Source: Patescibacteria group bacterium
GTDB taxonomy: Bacteria > Patescibacteriota > Minisyncoccia > UBA6257 > UBA9933
DNA: 64,000 bases
Direction: 5' to 3'
Assembly (NCBI GenBank): GCA_038078555.1
Contig: JBBTYQ010000001.1
Span: forward strand, 60,966-124,965
Shown: positions 7,177-17,195 of the stretch, piece after piece
Layout: each line of letters begins with the position of its first letter
Position numbering within the stretch: the first letter of the stretch is position 1
The notes under the pieces: generated by a model
The model's database searches: none
What the model was told of the DNA's origin: nothing
Seen by the model: only the letters and a program-made list of their open reading frames with translations
Made by a program: the position numbers and the translations under genes

Positions 7177-9504
7177 ATGAAAATCCTGCTTATTATCGAC
7201 GCCAACGCCTTAATTCATCGCTGTTTTCACGCCTTGCCCGGCTTAACTACTAAAGATGGCCAGGCTTCCGGCGCCTTGTATGGCTTATCAAGTATTTTGA
7301 TAAAAATTTTTCGGGAAGAGCCGCCGGATTTTATAACGGCTTTTTTTGACCGGCCGGAACCGACTTTTAGAAAAGAAGCTTTTAAGGAATATAAAATTCA
7401 CCGGCCCAAAGCGCCGAACGAATTAATTTCTCAGATCATTGAAGCTCATGAACTGTTCAATCAGTTTGGCGTGAAAACCTTTGAAGCGCCAGGTTTTGAA
7501 GCGGACGACCTAATCGGCACAGCTGTGGAAAAATTCAAAGATACTGCGGATTTAAAAATAATCATTTTAACCGGCGATCTTGATACGCTACAATTAATTG
7601 AAAATGAAAAAGTTGTCGTTAAAACTTTAAAAAAAGGCATCACTGAAACCATAACTTATAATGAAGCGTCGGTTAAAGAGCGCTTTAGCATATCACCAGA
7701 CCAGCTGCCCGATTACAAAGGCCTGGTTGGCGATCAATCAGATAATATCTTGGGAGTCCCGGGAATTGGTCCCAAAACCGCCGGCTCGCTGATTCAAAAA
7801 CACCAAAATTTGGAAGCTATTATTGAATTCAGCAAAAAAAACAAAGAAGAAAAAGCTTATAAGAAAATTTTTGATTTCTGGGAACAAGCTTTGCTTTCTA
7901 AAAAACTGGCTGTCATTCGCCGCGATGCTCCTCTGCTGATAAAAAATATAGCCGAGTTAAAATACCACGGCTTAAATCTTAAAACCATTTCTGATTATTT
8001 TGAAAAACTTGGCTTTAAAAGCCTTGTATCCAGAATAAATAATTTTCACGAGCCTCAAAAAAACAAATCCCAAAAAGAAGAAAAAACAGCGGAATTGATT
8101 ATTGATAAAAATATAGCCAGCCAAGAAAAAAATTTTAACCTTCTAATCGCCTTACAATTAATTGATCCCGGCTTAAAAAAATTTTCCGTTTTTAGCCTGA
8201 CTAAAAAATTCTTAAAAAAAGATTTTGTTGATTCCAAAGAAGCGATTGAAACGCTTTTTGATTTTGCTAAAGCTAAAATCAAAGAATACGGCTTAGAAAA
8301 AGTTTTTTTTGAAATTGAACTGCCTTTAATTCCCATCTTAGAAGAAATGAATGATTGGGGCATCAAAATCGATCTCGAAAAACTCGAAGAAATCAAAGAG
8401 GAATACGCAGAAAAAATAACTGTGCTGACCGAAGAAATTCATCAAGCCAGCGGTCAGCCATTTAATATCAATTCTCCTAAGCAGATGCTTGATATTTTTA
8501 CTGAAAAATTTCAAACAAAGATTTCCTCTACCGGCGCGGATAAGCTTATTTTATTAAAAACATCCGCCTCAAAAAACAATCGAAAACTTGAAGAATTTAT
8601 AGATTTAATTTTAAAATATCGCGAAGTTTTTAAGCTTCAATCAACTTACATTGAACCTCTTTTAAGAAATTCAAGCGGCCGAGTGCATACAACTTTTCTC
8701 CAGCTCGGCGCCGCTACCGGCCGAATGTCTTCGGAAAATCCTAATCTTCAAACTATTCCCGACGAAATAAAGCACGTTTTTATCCCTTCTGAAGAATTTC
8801 GACTTGTTTCTTTTGATTATTCCCAGATTGAATTGAGAATAATGGCTCATTTAAGTGATGATCCAAAAATGAATCAGGCGTTTAATCAGGGAAAAGACAT
8901 TCACACTATTACCGCCAGCCAAGTTTTTCACGTTAGGCCGGAAAACGTCACTCCCCAAATGAGAAAAATAGCTAAAACATTGAATTTCGGCGTAATTTAC
9001 GGCATGGGCTCCCGAGCTTTTTCTCAAACCAGCGGCTTATCTAAAGCCGAATCGCAAAAATTCATCCGGGAATATTTTAATGACTTTCAAAATATAAAAA
9101 TTTGGCAGGAAGAAATTTTAAAACAGGCAAAATCTTTCGGCTATGTTAGAAATATAAATGGCCGAAGACGCTGGCTTTTTGATATTGTCTCGTTTAATCC
9201 CCGGCTTGCTTCAGAAGCCGAACGAGCGGCAATAAATATGCCAGTTCAAAGTTTGGCCGCTGATATTATTAAACTGGCAATGATTAAAACAAAAGATGAG
9301 CTTGAAAAAAAGAGCTGGTGGGGAACTTCCGTCCGTTTGCTTCTTTCTATTCATGACGAATTGCTTTTTGAAATAAAAAATGATCTCTTGAAAAACGATT
9401 TGGAAAGCGAAGTTGTCGCTTTGATAAAAAACTCGATGGAAAATATTTTTCCTTTATCAGTGCCGCTAAAAGTAGAAACAAAAATAGAAAAAAATTGGAG
9501 CTAA
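7177..9504 (+). CDS. polA: DNA polymerase I: 5'-3' exonuclease domain plus polymerase domain, with a short or degenerate 3'-5' exonuclease region
   Basis: 775 aa. The N-terminus matches the 5'-nuclease family. Polymerase motif A DYSQIELRIMAHLS, motif B RKIAKTLNFGVIYGMG, motif C SIHDELLFE. Confidence 0.9.
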   Translation: MKILLIIDANALIHRCFHALPGLTTKDGQASGALYGLSSILIKIFREEPPDFITAFFDRPEPTFRKEAFKEYKIHRPKAPNELISQIIEAHELFNQFGVKTFEAPGFEADDLIGTAVEKFKDTADLKIIILTGDLDTLQLIENEKVVVKTLKKGITETITYNEASVKERFSISPDQLPDYKGLVGDQSDNILGVPGIGPKTAGSLIQKHQNLEAIIEFSKKNKEEKAYKKIFDFWEQALLSKKLAVIRRDAPLLIKNIAELKYHGLNLKTISDYFEKLGFKSLVSRINNFHEPQKNKSQKEEKTAELIIDKNIASQEKNFNLLIALQLIDPGLKKFSVFSLTKKFLKKDFVDSKEAIETLFDFAKAKIKEYGLEKVFFEIELPLIPILEEMNDWGIKIDLEKLEEIKEEYAEKITVLTEEIHQASGQPFNINSPKQMLDIFTEKFQTKISSTGADKLILLKTSASKNNRKLEEFIDLILKYREVFKLQSTYIEPLLRNSSGRVHTTFLQLGAATGRMSSENPNLQTIPDEIKHVFIPSEEFRLVSFDYSQIELRIMAHLSDDPKMNQAFNQGKDIHTITASQVFHVRPENVTPQMRKIAKTLNFGVIYGMGSRAFSQTSGLSKAESQKFIREYFNDFQNIKIWQEEILKQAKSFGYVRNINGRRRWLFDIVSFNPRLASEAERAAINMPVQSLAADIIKLAMIKTKDELEKKSWWGTSVRLLLSIHDELLFEIKNDLLKNDLESEVVALIKNSMENIFPLSVPLKVETKIEKNWS

Positions 9505-9929
9505 TTTATCGGCCTTATTATAATGTGCCTTTCTTTCCCGTCGCCCATGCTTTCGGTCTTAATATCGGGATTTGGAGCCAGCTCTAAATGAACCAAGCGC
9601 CGCTCATAGGCATTCATAGCCGGCAAAGACACTTCTTTTTTTTCTGCCAATGATTTTCTTGCCGAAGCTTTAGCTAATTCCACAATAAGACCCTCTCTCT
9701 TGCGGCGATAGTTATTCACATCAACAAATATTGTGCTGATTTCTTCCTTTTTTATCATTAATTTCACAAGATGGTCGAAGTTTTCGACAAAACCCGGTAA
9801 AAATTTTTCCACCAATTCATCATTGATAAAAACAGAAATTTTGTTTTCACCGGCATCGCAATTTACTGAAAAATCGTCAAATCCCATCAGCCCAATCATT
9901 GTTTTTATTTTCTCTTGAAGTTTATCCAT
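9501..9929 (-). CDS. R3H-domain RNA-binding protein (Jag/KhpB-like)
   Basis: 142 aa. C-terminal R3H-like segment MNAYERRLVHLELA. Lies immediately downstream of yidC, as in the canonical cluster. Confidence 0.7.
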   Translation of the reverse strand: MDKLQEKIKTMIGLMGFDDFSVNCDAGENKISVFINDELVEKFLPGFVENFDHLVKLMIKKEEISTIFVDVNNYRRKREGLIVELAKASARKSLAEKKEVSLPAMNAYERRLVHLELAPNPDIKTESMGDGKERHIIIRPIN

Positions 9930-9946
9930 GGTCTTAATTATGCTTA

Positions 9947-10699
9947 TTATTTCTTCTCGTGCAACTTTTTATCTATTTCCACCAATTTTTCTTCTCCCAC
10001 ATTTAATTGCTTATTGATGACTATTTGTTGGATAACAGAAAACACCGAGCTCGTCAACCAATAAAGTCCGATTGCCGAAGACAGATAAAACAAAAATACC
10101 AGCGTCATGCCCGGACCAATAAAGACCATTTGCCGGCTCATTTGCTCGGCCATAGTCATATCTTTAATGGGTTTCTTATTTTTAGACAAAGATAATTTCC
10201 CTTGAAAATATTGGGCTATCGCCGCCAAAACAACTATTACAGCATTGCGCTTGCTCAAATCAATTAAACCCAAAAAATAATGGTTAATCTCTTGGGGCGT
10301 TGGAACAAAATTATACAAAACAATAAAAGATTCCGTGTTTAATCCTTTTAAAAAAACCTGATAAAGCGCAAAAATTATCGGCAATTGAATTAATATTAGA
10401 GACAAAAATCCGGAAAACGGATTTACTTTGTGTTCCTTATAAAGATCCATCATTGCTTTTGCCTGCTTTGCCTTATCATTTTTATGACTCTCCTGAATTT
10501 CTTTCATTTTAGGCGCCAAGCGCTGAATAATTGACTGGTCTTTGGCGCTCTTATAAAACAAGGGCAGAAGTATCAGCCTTATTAAAATCGTTAAAATAAT
10601 TATAGCTATTCCAAAATCGCTGAAAGAAAAATAATCATATAACAAAATAAGGGCGTTAAATAGCGGCCGATAAAAAATTTCATTGAATATTGCAATCAT
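9947..10699 (-). CDS. yidC: Membrane protein insertase YidC/Oxa1, short form
   Basis: 250 aa polytopic membrane protein located between rnpA and jag. The hydrophobic profile fits YidC core helices. Confidence 0.8.
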   Translation of the reverse strand: MIAIFNEIFYRPLFNALILLYDYFSFSDFGIAIIILTILIRLILLPLFYKSAKDQSIIQRLAPKMKEIQESHKNDKAKQAKAMMDLYKEHKVNPFSGFLSLILIQLPIIFALYQVFLKGLNTESFIVLYNFVPTPQEINHYFLGLIDLSKRNAVIVVLAAIAQYFQGKLSLSKNKKPIKDMTMAEQMSRQMVFIGPGMTLVFLFYLSSAIGLYWLTSSVFSVIQQIVINKQLNVGEEKLVEIDKKLHEKK

Positions 10700-10717
10700 A
10701 AAGTTAATAGTTATCTC

Positions 10718-11056
10718 TTAGTAATTAATGGTTAATATTTTTTTTAATTCTTTCTCAATATCTTCTTTTTTTAATTTATCGGATTTTGTCAAAACTGTTA
10801 TTAAAATATCTCTTCCTGATAATTCATGATATTTATTAAGTCGAATAAAATTAAAAATGATTCTTTTTATTCTGTTCCGCCTGACTGCCGCCTTACTGAC
10901 TTGTTTGCTGATAATTAAGCCGTACCGGGAAAATGATAAATTATTGGCCGCCGTCTTTATAATAAAAAATTCGCTTTTGCGAATATTTATTTTTTTTCTC
11001 TCTTTAAGCCAGTCCTGAATTGGAATCCGGTATTTTTTTGCAAGCATATTTTTCAC
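10718..11056 (-). CDS. rnpA: RNase P protein component
   Basis: 112 aa. The basic segment SFSRYGLIISKQVSKAAVRRNRIKR matches the RnpA RNR motif region. Confidence 0.8.
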   Translation of the reverse strand: MKNMLAKKYRIPIQDWLKERKKINIRKSEFFIIKTAANNLSFSRYGLIISKQVSKAAVRRNRIKRIIFNFIRLNKYHELSGRDILITVLTKSDKLKKEDIEKELKKILTINY

Positions 11057-11159
11057 AAATAATGCAAATTTATTTATATTGCCATTACTTGCTGTTAATT
11101 CGCATTATGGTTCTGCAGGCGCATTATCCTAAGCTACTTCGAAGGATTTGCGATGACTC

Positions 11160-11294
11160 TTACGTACTGAGTTTTTTCCTTCCCTTTCTCCTTCTTCTTC
11201 GCAAAACATTTCTGCCGCCCGGCGTTCTTGAACGCTTTAAAAATCCGTGCACTCTTTTCCTTTTTTTCTTTTTCGGCTGGTAGGTTACCGACAT
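11160..11294 (-). CDS. rpmH: 50S ribosomal protein L34 (not in the supplied ORF track because it is under 60 aa)
   Basis: Reverse-complement translation gives [44 protein letters not shown], a clear L34 signature. It sits just upstream of rnpA. Confidence 0.8.
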   Translation of the reverse strand: MSVTYQPKKKKRKRVHGFLKRSRTPGGRNVLRRRRRKGRKKLST

Positions 11295-11372
11295 AATTTA
11301 AATAATAGCAGGAATCGGAATAAAAACAAGTCTTGCTTTATTAATTAAATATGTTATCATATATAAATACCT

Positions 11373-11663
11373 ATGGATCTCAACCGGCCTATCGGAATTA
11401 AAAAAAATAATTTTGGTCTTACATCTCTTATAGGCGGAATTGTGGTTTTCTTTTTTGGCGGCAGTGGTTTATTGGCTTATATCGTTATACCACTTACTAT
11501 CACTACCGCAATCCTTTCTTTTAAAAAAGAAAGTGATGATGCGCGCAGTAAAAAAATGGCCATTGGAGGCGTTATTATCGCAATAATCGCGATTATTCTT
11601 TCCTTTATTTTCAACTGGAACGGCCTAATATACGAATTCCTGTTGGAAAATTATCTGTCTTAA
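11373..11663 (+). CDS. Small two-TM membrane protein (DUF4190-like)
   Basis: 96 aa with two hydrophobic helices flanking the KKESDDARSKK loop. Confidence 0.4.
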   Translation: MDLNRPIGIKKNNFGLTSLIGGIVVFFFGGSGLLAYIVIPLTITTAILSFKKESDDARSKKMAIGGVIIAIIAIILSFIFNWNGLIYEFLLENYLS

Positions 11664-11763
11664 TTTAGATAATTTTTAATAGCTTATGGTTGACTTGCGC
11701 TTTTTCAGGTTAAAAACTTTAAAATGCGGTCTCTCAAGGATTTTTTTGTACGCTTTGTTTATA

Positions 11764-11792
11764 TTGACAAAAAAGTAAATTTGCGATATAAT
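11764..11792 (+). promoter_or_regulatory. Consensus sigma-70-type promoter (TTGACA-17-TATAAT) for the lipoprotein gene
   Basis: ttgacaaaaaagtaaatttgcgatataat is a perfect -35/-10 pair with a 17-nt spacer. A strong SD (gagggagg) lies before the ATG at 11842. Confidence 0.5.
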
Positions 11793-11841
11793 TAATAAAG
11801 CTAAAAACTTGAAAACTTAATAACTTGTCGAGGGAGGTTAT

Positions 11842-12309
11842 ATGAAAACGCTGAAAGCAACTCTTTTTTTCCTCTTCTCCGCTTTCTTGCTTGGCTGCGC
11901 GCCTTATGATCAGTTGATTGTCCGGCCGGACATTTATGTTTCCGGCGACTTTAGAGGACCGCGCAGTCCCTACTCGAACTTTTATGACTACGGATTATAT
12001 TTCCCGTATGTCACGATTGTTCCGGTAAACGGAACGCCTTTTGAACTGGAAATATTCATCAACGGCAAACGAGCTGATATTTCGCTTGAAGGCAGCGTTA
12101 AGACAAAACGGATTCCGCCCGGAATGCCGGCTCAAATAAAGGCTTTTGTTGATTACCGCGTCAGCCGTCAGTTATCGGTAGTTGCCGTGGCTTACAAAAG
12201 CAATAAAGTTGTCGGCTCGGCAAACAGAGTGTTTTATTTTTACGGCCATGCCAACGCCGAACAAGTTGAGGACTGGCCGATACGCATCTGGGATCTCCGT
12301 GACCCGTGA
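11842..12309 (+). CDS. Lipoprotein of unknown function
   Basis: 155 aa. The signal peptide ends in lipobox LLGC. Confidence 0.55.
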   Translation: MKTLKATLFFLFSAFLLGCAPYDQLIVRPDIYVSGDFRGPRSPYSNFYDYGLYFPYVTIVPVNGTPFELEIFINGKRADISLEGSVKTKRIPPGMPAQIKAFVDYRVSRQLSVVAVAYKSNKVVGSANRVFYFYGHANAEQVEDWPIRIWDLRDP

Positions 12310-12425
12310 CCCTTGAAAATCTGCTCTTTATTCTTTGCCCGCATCGCCAAAAGGTGCGGGTTTTTATTACTCGCTAATCACTATTTACTATTCACTGATC
12401 CCTGATTACTATTTAAAATAATAAT

Positions 12426-12953
12426 ATGTCCGGACATTCCAAGTGGTCTCAAATAAAACACCAAAAAGGCACAGCTGACCAGAAGCGCGGCGCTTTATTT
12501 TCTAAATTATTAAGCGCGATTTCTGTTGCCGCAAAAACCGAATCAAATCCTCAATTTAATCCTCGCCTGCGAACCGCCATTGAAAAAGCCAAGGAGAATA
12601 ACGTGCCTCAAGACAAAATAGAATCAGCCGTAAAACGCGCCCTTCAGGCCGCTGACAATATTGAAGAATTGCTTATTGAAGCCTATGGACCTGAAGGCGT
12701 CGCTATTTTAATTGAAGCAACAACCGATAGCCGCAACCGCTCAATTGCTGAAATCAAAAAAATATTAAGCGACAGCAATGCTAAGCTCGCTGAACCCGGA
12801 AGCGTTTTGTGGACTTTTGAAAAACAAGATGGCGCTTGGCTTGCCAAATTTAATCAGGAAATATCCGAAAGCGGCAAAACACAATTACAAAAACTTATTG
12901 AAAAACTAGAAGAACATAGCGATATTCAAAAAATTATAACCAACAGCCAATAA
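12426..12953 (+). CDS. YebC/PmpR-family transcriptional regulator, short form
   Basis: The N-terminus MSGHSKWSQIKHQKGTADQKRGALFSKL matches the YebC signature. It lies upstream of ruvC, the conserved yebC-ruvC neighbourhood. Confidence 0.75.
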   Translation: MSGHSKWSQIKHQKGTADQKRGALFSKLLSAISVAAKTESNPQFNPRLRTAIEKAKENNVPQDKIESAVKRALQAADNIEELLIEAYGPEGVAILIEATTDSRNRSIAEIKKILSDSNAKLAEPGSVLWTFEKQDGAWLAKFNQEISESGKTQLQKLIEKLEEHSDIQKIITNSQ

Positions 12954-12988
12954 TCACTCAATAATCATTATTACCAGTTGTTAATTAT

Positions 12989-13471
12989 ATGTTAATCCTT
13001 GGTATTGATCCTGGCTCAACTCGCACGGGCTACGGAATTATAAAAAAAGACGGAAATAATTTAAGGCTTATCAAGAGCGGTTTATTAAAAATTTCCTCCA
13101 AAGACAAACAGCAAAGATTGGTTGAGCTGGCTCAATCTTTTTCCGGTCTAATCAAAAAACAAAAGCCCCAATTAATTGCCATAGAAAAACTTTTCTTTAT
13201 GAAAAATATTAAAACTGCCCTTGATGTGGCTCAAAGCCGGGGGGTCTTGACATTAATAGCTCTTGAGCACAAAATACCGTTATTGGAATATTCGCCGTCA
13301 GAAATAAAAGCAGCTGCCACGGGATACGGCTTGGCCGATAAAAAAGCAGTGGCAAAAATGGTTGCGATAATTTTAAAAGTTGATAAAATAAACAAAATTG
13401 ACGATGTCACCGACGCTCTGGCTACGGCAATTACTGCGGCTAATAATTTAAACAAAAATAATTTTCTTTAA
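12989..13471 (+). CDS. ruvC: Holliday junction resolvase RuvC
   Basis: 160 aa. Begins ILGIDPGSTRTGYGII, the RuvC catalytic N-terminus. Confidence 0.85.
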   Translation: MLILGIDPGSTRTGYGIIKKDGNNLRLIKSGLLKISSKDKQQRLVELAQSFSGLIKKQKPQLIAIEKLFFMKNIKTALDVAQSRGVLTLIALEHKIPLLEYSPSEIKAAATGYGLADKKAVAKMVAIILKVDKINKIDDVTDALATAITAANNLNKNNFL

Positions 13472-13504
13472 AAATTTAAAAGGTCGTTTATTATTTATAA
13501 AAAA

Positions 13505-13705
13505 ATGTCTATCACCGAATTAAAAATCACCAAACTGACCAACTACGCAGAAGACGAAGAAGAAGGAGAAAGTAAATCCAGCGAAGAGCCTTGTGAAGAA
13601 TGCGGGGAAAAATTAAATGAATACGGCGCCTGTCCCAATTGCGAACCGGAAGAAGGAATTTTGGAAGATAAGCCCGGCGAAGCAGGAGAAGAAAATATCG
13701 AATAA
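13505..13705 (+). CDS. Small acidic zinc-ribbon protein
   Basis: 66 aa, very acidic, with CEECGEKLNEYGACPNCE (CxxC-x9-CxxC). Confidence 0.4.
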   Translation: MSITELKITKLTNYAEDEEEGESKSSEEPCEECGEKLNEYGACPNCEPEEGILEDKPGEAGEENIE

Positions 13706-13709
13706 AATT

Positions 13710-13734
13710 AAAAACCCCCGCAAGGGGGTTTTTA
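13710..13734 (+). terminator. Rho-independent terminator
   Basis: aaaaacccccgcaagggggttttt. Confidence 0.65.
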
Positions 13735-13782
13735 ATTGAAATTTCGCTGTTTTTTATATTATAATTTAAACTAATTATTAAC

Positions 13783-15906
13783 ATGTCTTTATTTAATAAA
13801 AAAACCTGGCTCTGGCTGAAAATAATAGGCGTTTTTTTTCTATTTATTTTTATTTTAGCGCTTATTGGACTAGCCAAACTTGCTAAAATTACCAAAGAGC
13901 TTCCTGACCCGACTCAATTCGGCAGCCATCAAGTCGCTCAATCAAGTAAAATCTACGACCGCACCGGAGAAGTTCTTCTTTATGAAATTTTTGGAGAAGA
14001 AAAAAGAACGATTATTGCAAGCGACCAAATTCCTGATTATGTAAAAAAATCTGTTATAGCTATCGAAGACCAAGGTTTTTATACTCATCAAGCTTATGAC
14101 TTGCGCGCTATTATTCGTGCTTTTGCGGCAAATATCATAAAAGGCCGCGTTAGCCAAGGCGGCTCCACTATTACTCAACAATTAGCTAAAAACGCTTTTT
14201 TGTCTTCAGAGCAGACGGTGGAAAGAAAAATAAAGGAATTAATTTTAGCCTATTGGATGGAAAAAAATTATTCCAAAGATGAAATTTTAACTCTTTATCT
14301 TAATACTATCCCTTATGGCTCTAATGCTTATGGAATAGAAGCCGCTTCCCAGATTTTTTTCGGGCATCCAGCCAAAGAACTTTCTTTAGCTGAAGCTGCC
14401 TTACTGGTCAGCTTGCCGAAAGCTCCCACTTATTATTCTCCTTGGGGCAGCCACACGGATGAATTGCTTCACAGAAAAAATTATGTTTTAGAACAAATGT
14501 TTAAACTCGGTTTTATCGACCAAGAAGAGCTGGAACGGGCAAAAAGTTATCCGCTTGAGTTTAGCAGCCAAAACCTTGGTTCGATTAAAGCGCCGCATTT
14601 TGTAATAATGGTAAAAGATTACCTGGCTAATAAATACGGCGAAGACGCATTAAAAGCAGGTGGTTTAAAAATTATTACAACGCTTAATTGGGACTACCAA
14701 CAAATTGCGGAGCGTGTAGTTTCTGAAGGCGCCTCTCGAAACGAAAATTTATACAAAGGAAAAAATGCGGCGCTTGTTGCTCAAGACCCAAAAACCGGAG
14801 AGGTTCTTGCTTTGGTTGGATCTCGCGATTATTTTGACACAAAAAACGAAGGCAATTTTAATGTTGCAGCCAACGGCCTCAGGCAACCGGGCTCTTCTTT
14901 TAAACCGTTTGCTTATATTACCGCTTTTCAAAAAGGCTTATCTCCGGAAACAATTGTTTTTGATTTGCCGACCGAATTTGTTCCCAATAACCCGAGCTGT
15001 CCGATTGCTGTAGATTTTTTAAATGATCTTAAGGATTGTTATCATCCGGAAAATTTTGATAAAAACTTCAAGGGTCCGATTAACTTAAGAAATGCGCTGG
15101 CCCAATCAATCAATATTCCCGCTGTTAAAACTCTTTATCTCGCTGGAATTCCCGAAACCATAAAAACCGCTCAGGATTTTGGCATCACTACATTAAATAA
15201 TCCGTCGCGTTATGGTCTGTCGCTGGTTTTGGGCGGCGGAGAAGTTAAACTGCTGGATTTAGTCGGCGCTTATTCTGTTTTTTCTCAAAATGGCGTAAAG
15301 CACAATCAAAAAATAGTACTGAAAGTTGAAAATCAAAACGGAAAAATCTTAGAATCGGCTTCTAATCAGGCAACTCAAGTAATTGAATCTTATTATGCGG
15401 AACTTATAAACGATATCCTCTCCGACGAAGAAGCCAGGAGACCTCTTTATCAAAATAGCTTTTATTTAACTTCTTTTGACGACCGGCAAGTTGCTTTAAA
15501 AACCGGCACAACCAACGACTACCGGGATGCTTGGACGATTGGCTACGCGCCATACCTGGTAGTTGGCGTCTGGGCCGGCAACAACCACCAAGAACCGATG
15601 CAAAAACAAGCTGGCAGTATTTTAGCCGCTTTGCCGATTTGGAATGATTTTATGAAAAAAACTTTGTTAAATTATCCAAACGAGGTTTTTTCTAAACCCA
15701 TAGCTAAGGAGTCCCCTCTTCCCAACAAAACCATGCTTAACGGCCAATATATATCCCCAGAAGGACAAATTCACGATATTCTTTACTATATCAACAAAAA
15801 CGATTTGTTTTCCTTGTCCTTTTTTAATCCGGAAGCTGACCCTCAATTTAAAAATTGGGAAGCCCCGGTTCAATTGTGGATCGAGCAAAATGTTTTAAAA
15901 AAATAA
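13783..15906 (+). CDS. Class A penicillin-binding protein (glycosyltransferase plus transpeptidase), PBP1A-like
   Basis: 707 aa. N-terminal TM. GT51 motifs EDQGFYTH and GGSTITQQL. Transpeptidase motifs SSFKP, SIN and KTGTT. Confidence 0.9.
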   Translation: MSLFNKKTWLWLKIIGVFFLFIFILALIGLAKLAKITKELPDPTQFGSHQVAQSSKIYDRTGEVLLYEIFGEEKRTIIASDQIPDYVKKSVIAIEDQGFYTHQAYDLRAIIRAFAANIIKGRVSQGGSTITQQLAKNAFLSSEQTVERKIKELILAYWMEKNYSKDEILTLYLNTIPYGSNAYGIEAASQIFFGHPAKELSLAEAALLVSLPKAPTYYSPWGSHTDELLHRKNYVLEQMFKLGFIDQEELERAKSYPLEFSSQNLGSIKAPHFVIMVKDYLANKYGEDALKAGGLKIITTLNWDYQQIAERVVSEGASRNENLYKGKNAALVAQDPKTGEVLALVGSRDYFDTKNEGNFNVAANGLRQPGSSFKPFAYITAFQKGLSPETIVFDLPTEFVPNNPSCPIAVDFLNDLKDCYHPENFDKNFKGPINLRNALAQSINIPAVKTLYLAGIPETIKTAQDFGITTLNNPSRYGLSLVLGGGEVKLLDLVGAYSVFSQNGVKHNQKIVLKVENQNGKILESASNQATQVIESYYAELINDILSDEEARRPLYQNSFYLTSFDDRQVALKTGTTNDYRDAWTIGYAPYLVVGVWAGNNHQEPMQKQAGSILAALPIWNDFMKKTLLNYPNEVFSKPIAKESPLPNKTMLNGQYISPEGQIHDILYYINKNDLFSLSFFNPEADPQFKNWEAPVQLWIEQNVLKK

Positions 15907-15914
15907 CAGTATTA

Positions 15915-17030
15915 TTACTGGTTTTTAATTGGCATTAAAACATAAAACCAAGACTCGTCTTCGTTTGATCTAATAAGAGCTGGCTTGTTGGAACTGTTTA
16001 AGCCGAGAAAAATATTTTCTGATTTTATATTTTTTAATCCATCCAAAACAAATCGCCAATTAAAAACCGCCTCCATTGTCGCGCCGTTTATTTTTGCGGG
16101 TATTAAGTATTTATTTTCTCCAATAATTTGACTAAAAGAAAAAACCTCTATGCTTTTATTGCTTTCTTTTGTTATTATTTTTACCTCACTTAGTCTCTCC
16201 GCGAATATTCCGGCCAACTTAACCGCATTGATCAATTCTTCTTTGTTTATTATCACTTCGGTTTCGTAATTTTTTGGGATAATTTGCGTATATTCAGGAA
16301 ATTCGCCATTTATTAATCTTGAAATTATTTCTGTTTTTTCTGTTTTAAAAAGTATTTGATTTTGATCTAGGAAGATTGTTGTTTTTTCTTCGTCGTTGTT
16401 TTGCAATTCTTTTATTACCTCTTGAACTGCTTTTGATGGGATTATTATTTTGAATGGTTTATTAAAATTTGTATTGAATTGATTATTGTTGATTGTTTTT
16501 TCTGATAATCTAAAGCTGTCGGTTGTTACTATTTTTAGTGAATTTATTTGAAAATCAAATAAAACGCCGTTTAATTCTGGTTTGTTTTCAGCGGCAGTTG
16601 AATTAATAACAGAAGCCAGGGCGTCTCTTAAAATAAAATTTTTAATTTCTAAATGATTTTGCGTATTGGTAATTTGGGGAATAATCGGAAACTCTTCTTT
16701 TTTGGTGCCGTTTATTTCTGCTTGATAATTATCGGTTTTTATTAGTAATTTATTATTAATAATTTCTAGGGTTATTCTTTCGGTTTGAATATTATTAATA
16801 ATCGCTGAAAAAATATTTAAGGGAATTGTTAGTTCGCCGGTATTAATAATTTTTCCCGTTACAAAACTTGTTACTGCTAATTCCAGGTCGGTTGCTGATA
16901 ATTTTATTTTATTATCTTGAGTTTCTATTAAAAAATTTTTAAGTATCGGCAAACTAGAATTAGCCACGCTGATTCTTTCCAAAGATTTAATTCCTTCTTT
17001 TAAATTATTTTTTAAAATAATTAGATTCAT
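15915..17030 (-). CDS. dnaN: DNA polymerase III beta sliding clamp
   Basis: 371 aa, immediately downstream of dnaA. Three-domain length and the N-terminus MNLIILKNNLKEGIKSLERIS are typical of DnaN. Confidence 0.8.
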   Translation of the reverse strand: MNLIILKNNLKEGIKSLERISVANSSLPILKNFLIETQDNKIKLSATDLELAVTSFVTGKIINTGELTIPLNIFSAIINNIQTERITLEIINNKLLIKTDNYQAEINGTKKEEFPIIPQITNTQNHLEIKNFILRDALASVINSTAAENKPELNGVLFDFQINSLKIVTTDSFRLSEKTINNNQFNTNFNKPFKIIIPSKAVQEVIKELQNNDEEKTTIFLDQNQILFKTEKTEIISRLINGEFPEYTQIIPKNYETEVIINKEELINAVKLAGIFAERLSEVKIITKESNKSIEVFSFSQIIGENKYLIPAKINGATMEAVFNWRFVLDGLKNIKSENIFLGLNSSNKPALIRSNEDESWFYVLMPIKNQ

Positions 17031-17195
17031 AGCAATTTTGTTTATACTATTATTACTATTACTATTATTAATATATTAATATAGTAGCAGTAGTAGGGGG
17101 TTGTTAATTTGTGGACAAACGCATTTTCCCTTTATTTAAATAGATTTTTTAATAGAAATTATTTAATTACCTGGGGAAAAGCAGTGGATTTATTT
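17031..17195. promoter_or_regulatory. AT-rich dnaA-dnaN intergenic region with DnaA-box-like 9-mers; candidate oriC or DUE component
   Basis: tgtggacaa (1 mismatch to the reverse complement of TTATCCACA) and agtggattt, plus AT-rich tracts such as tattattactattactattattaatatattaatata. Confidence 0.3.

Noticed and set aside
11020-11283. Plus-strand 87-aa ORF from the track.
   Set aside because: It overlaps the clearly recognisable L34 (rpmH) gene on the minus strand and the rnpA start region. Its translation is low-complexity and is treated as spurious.
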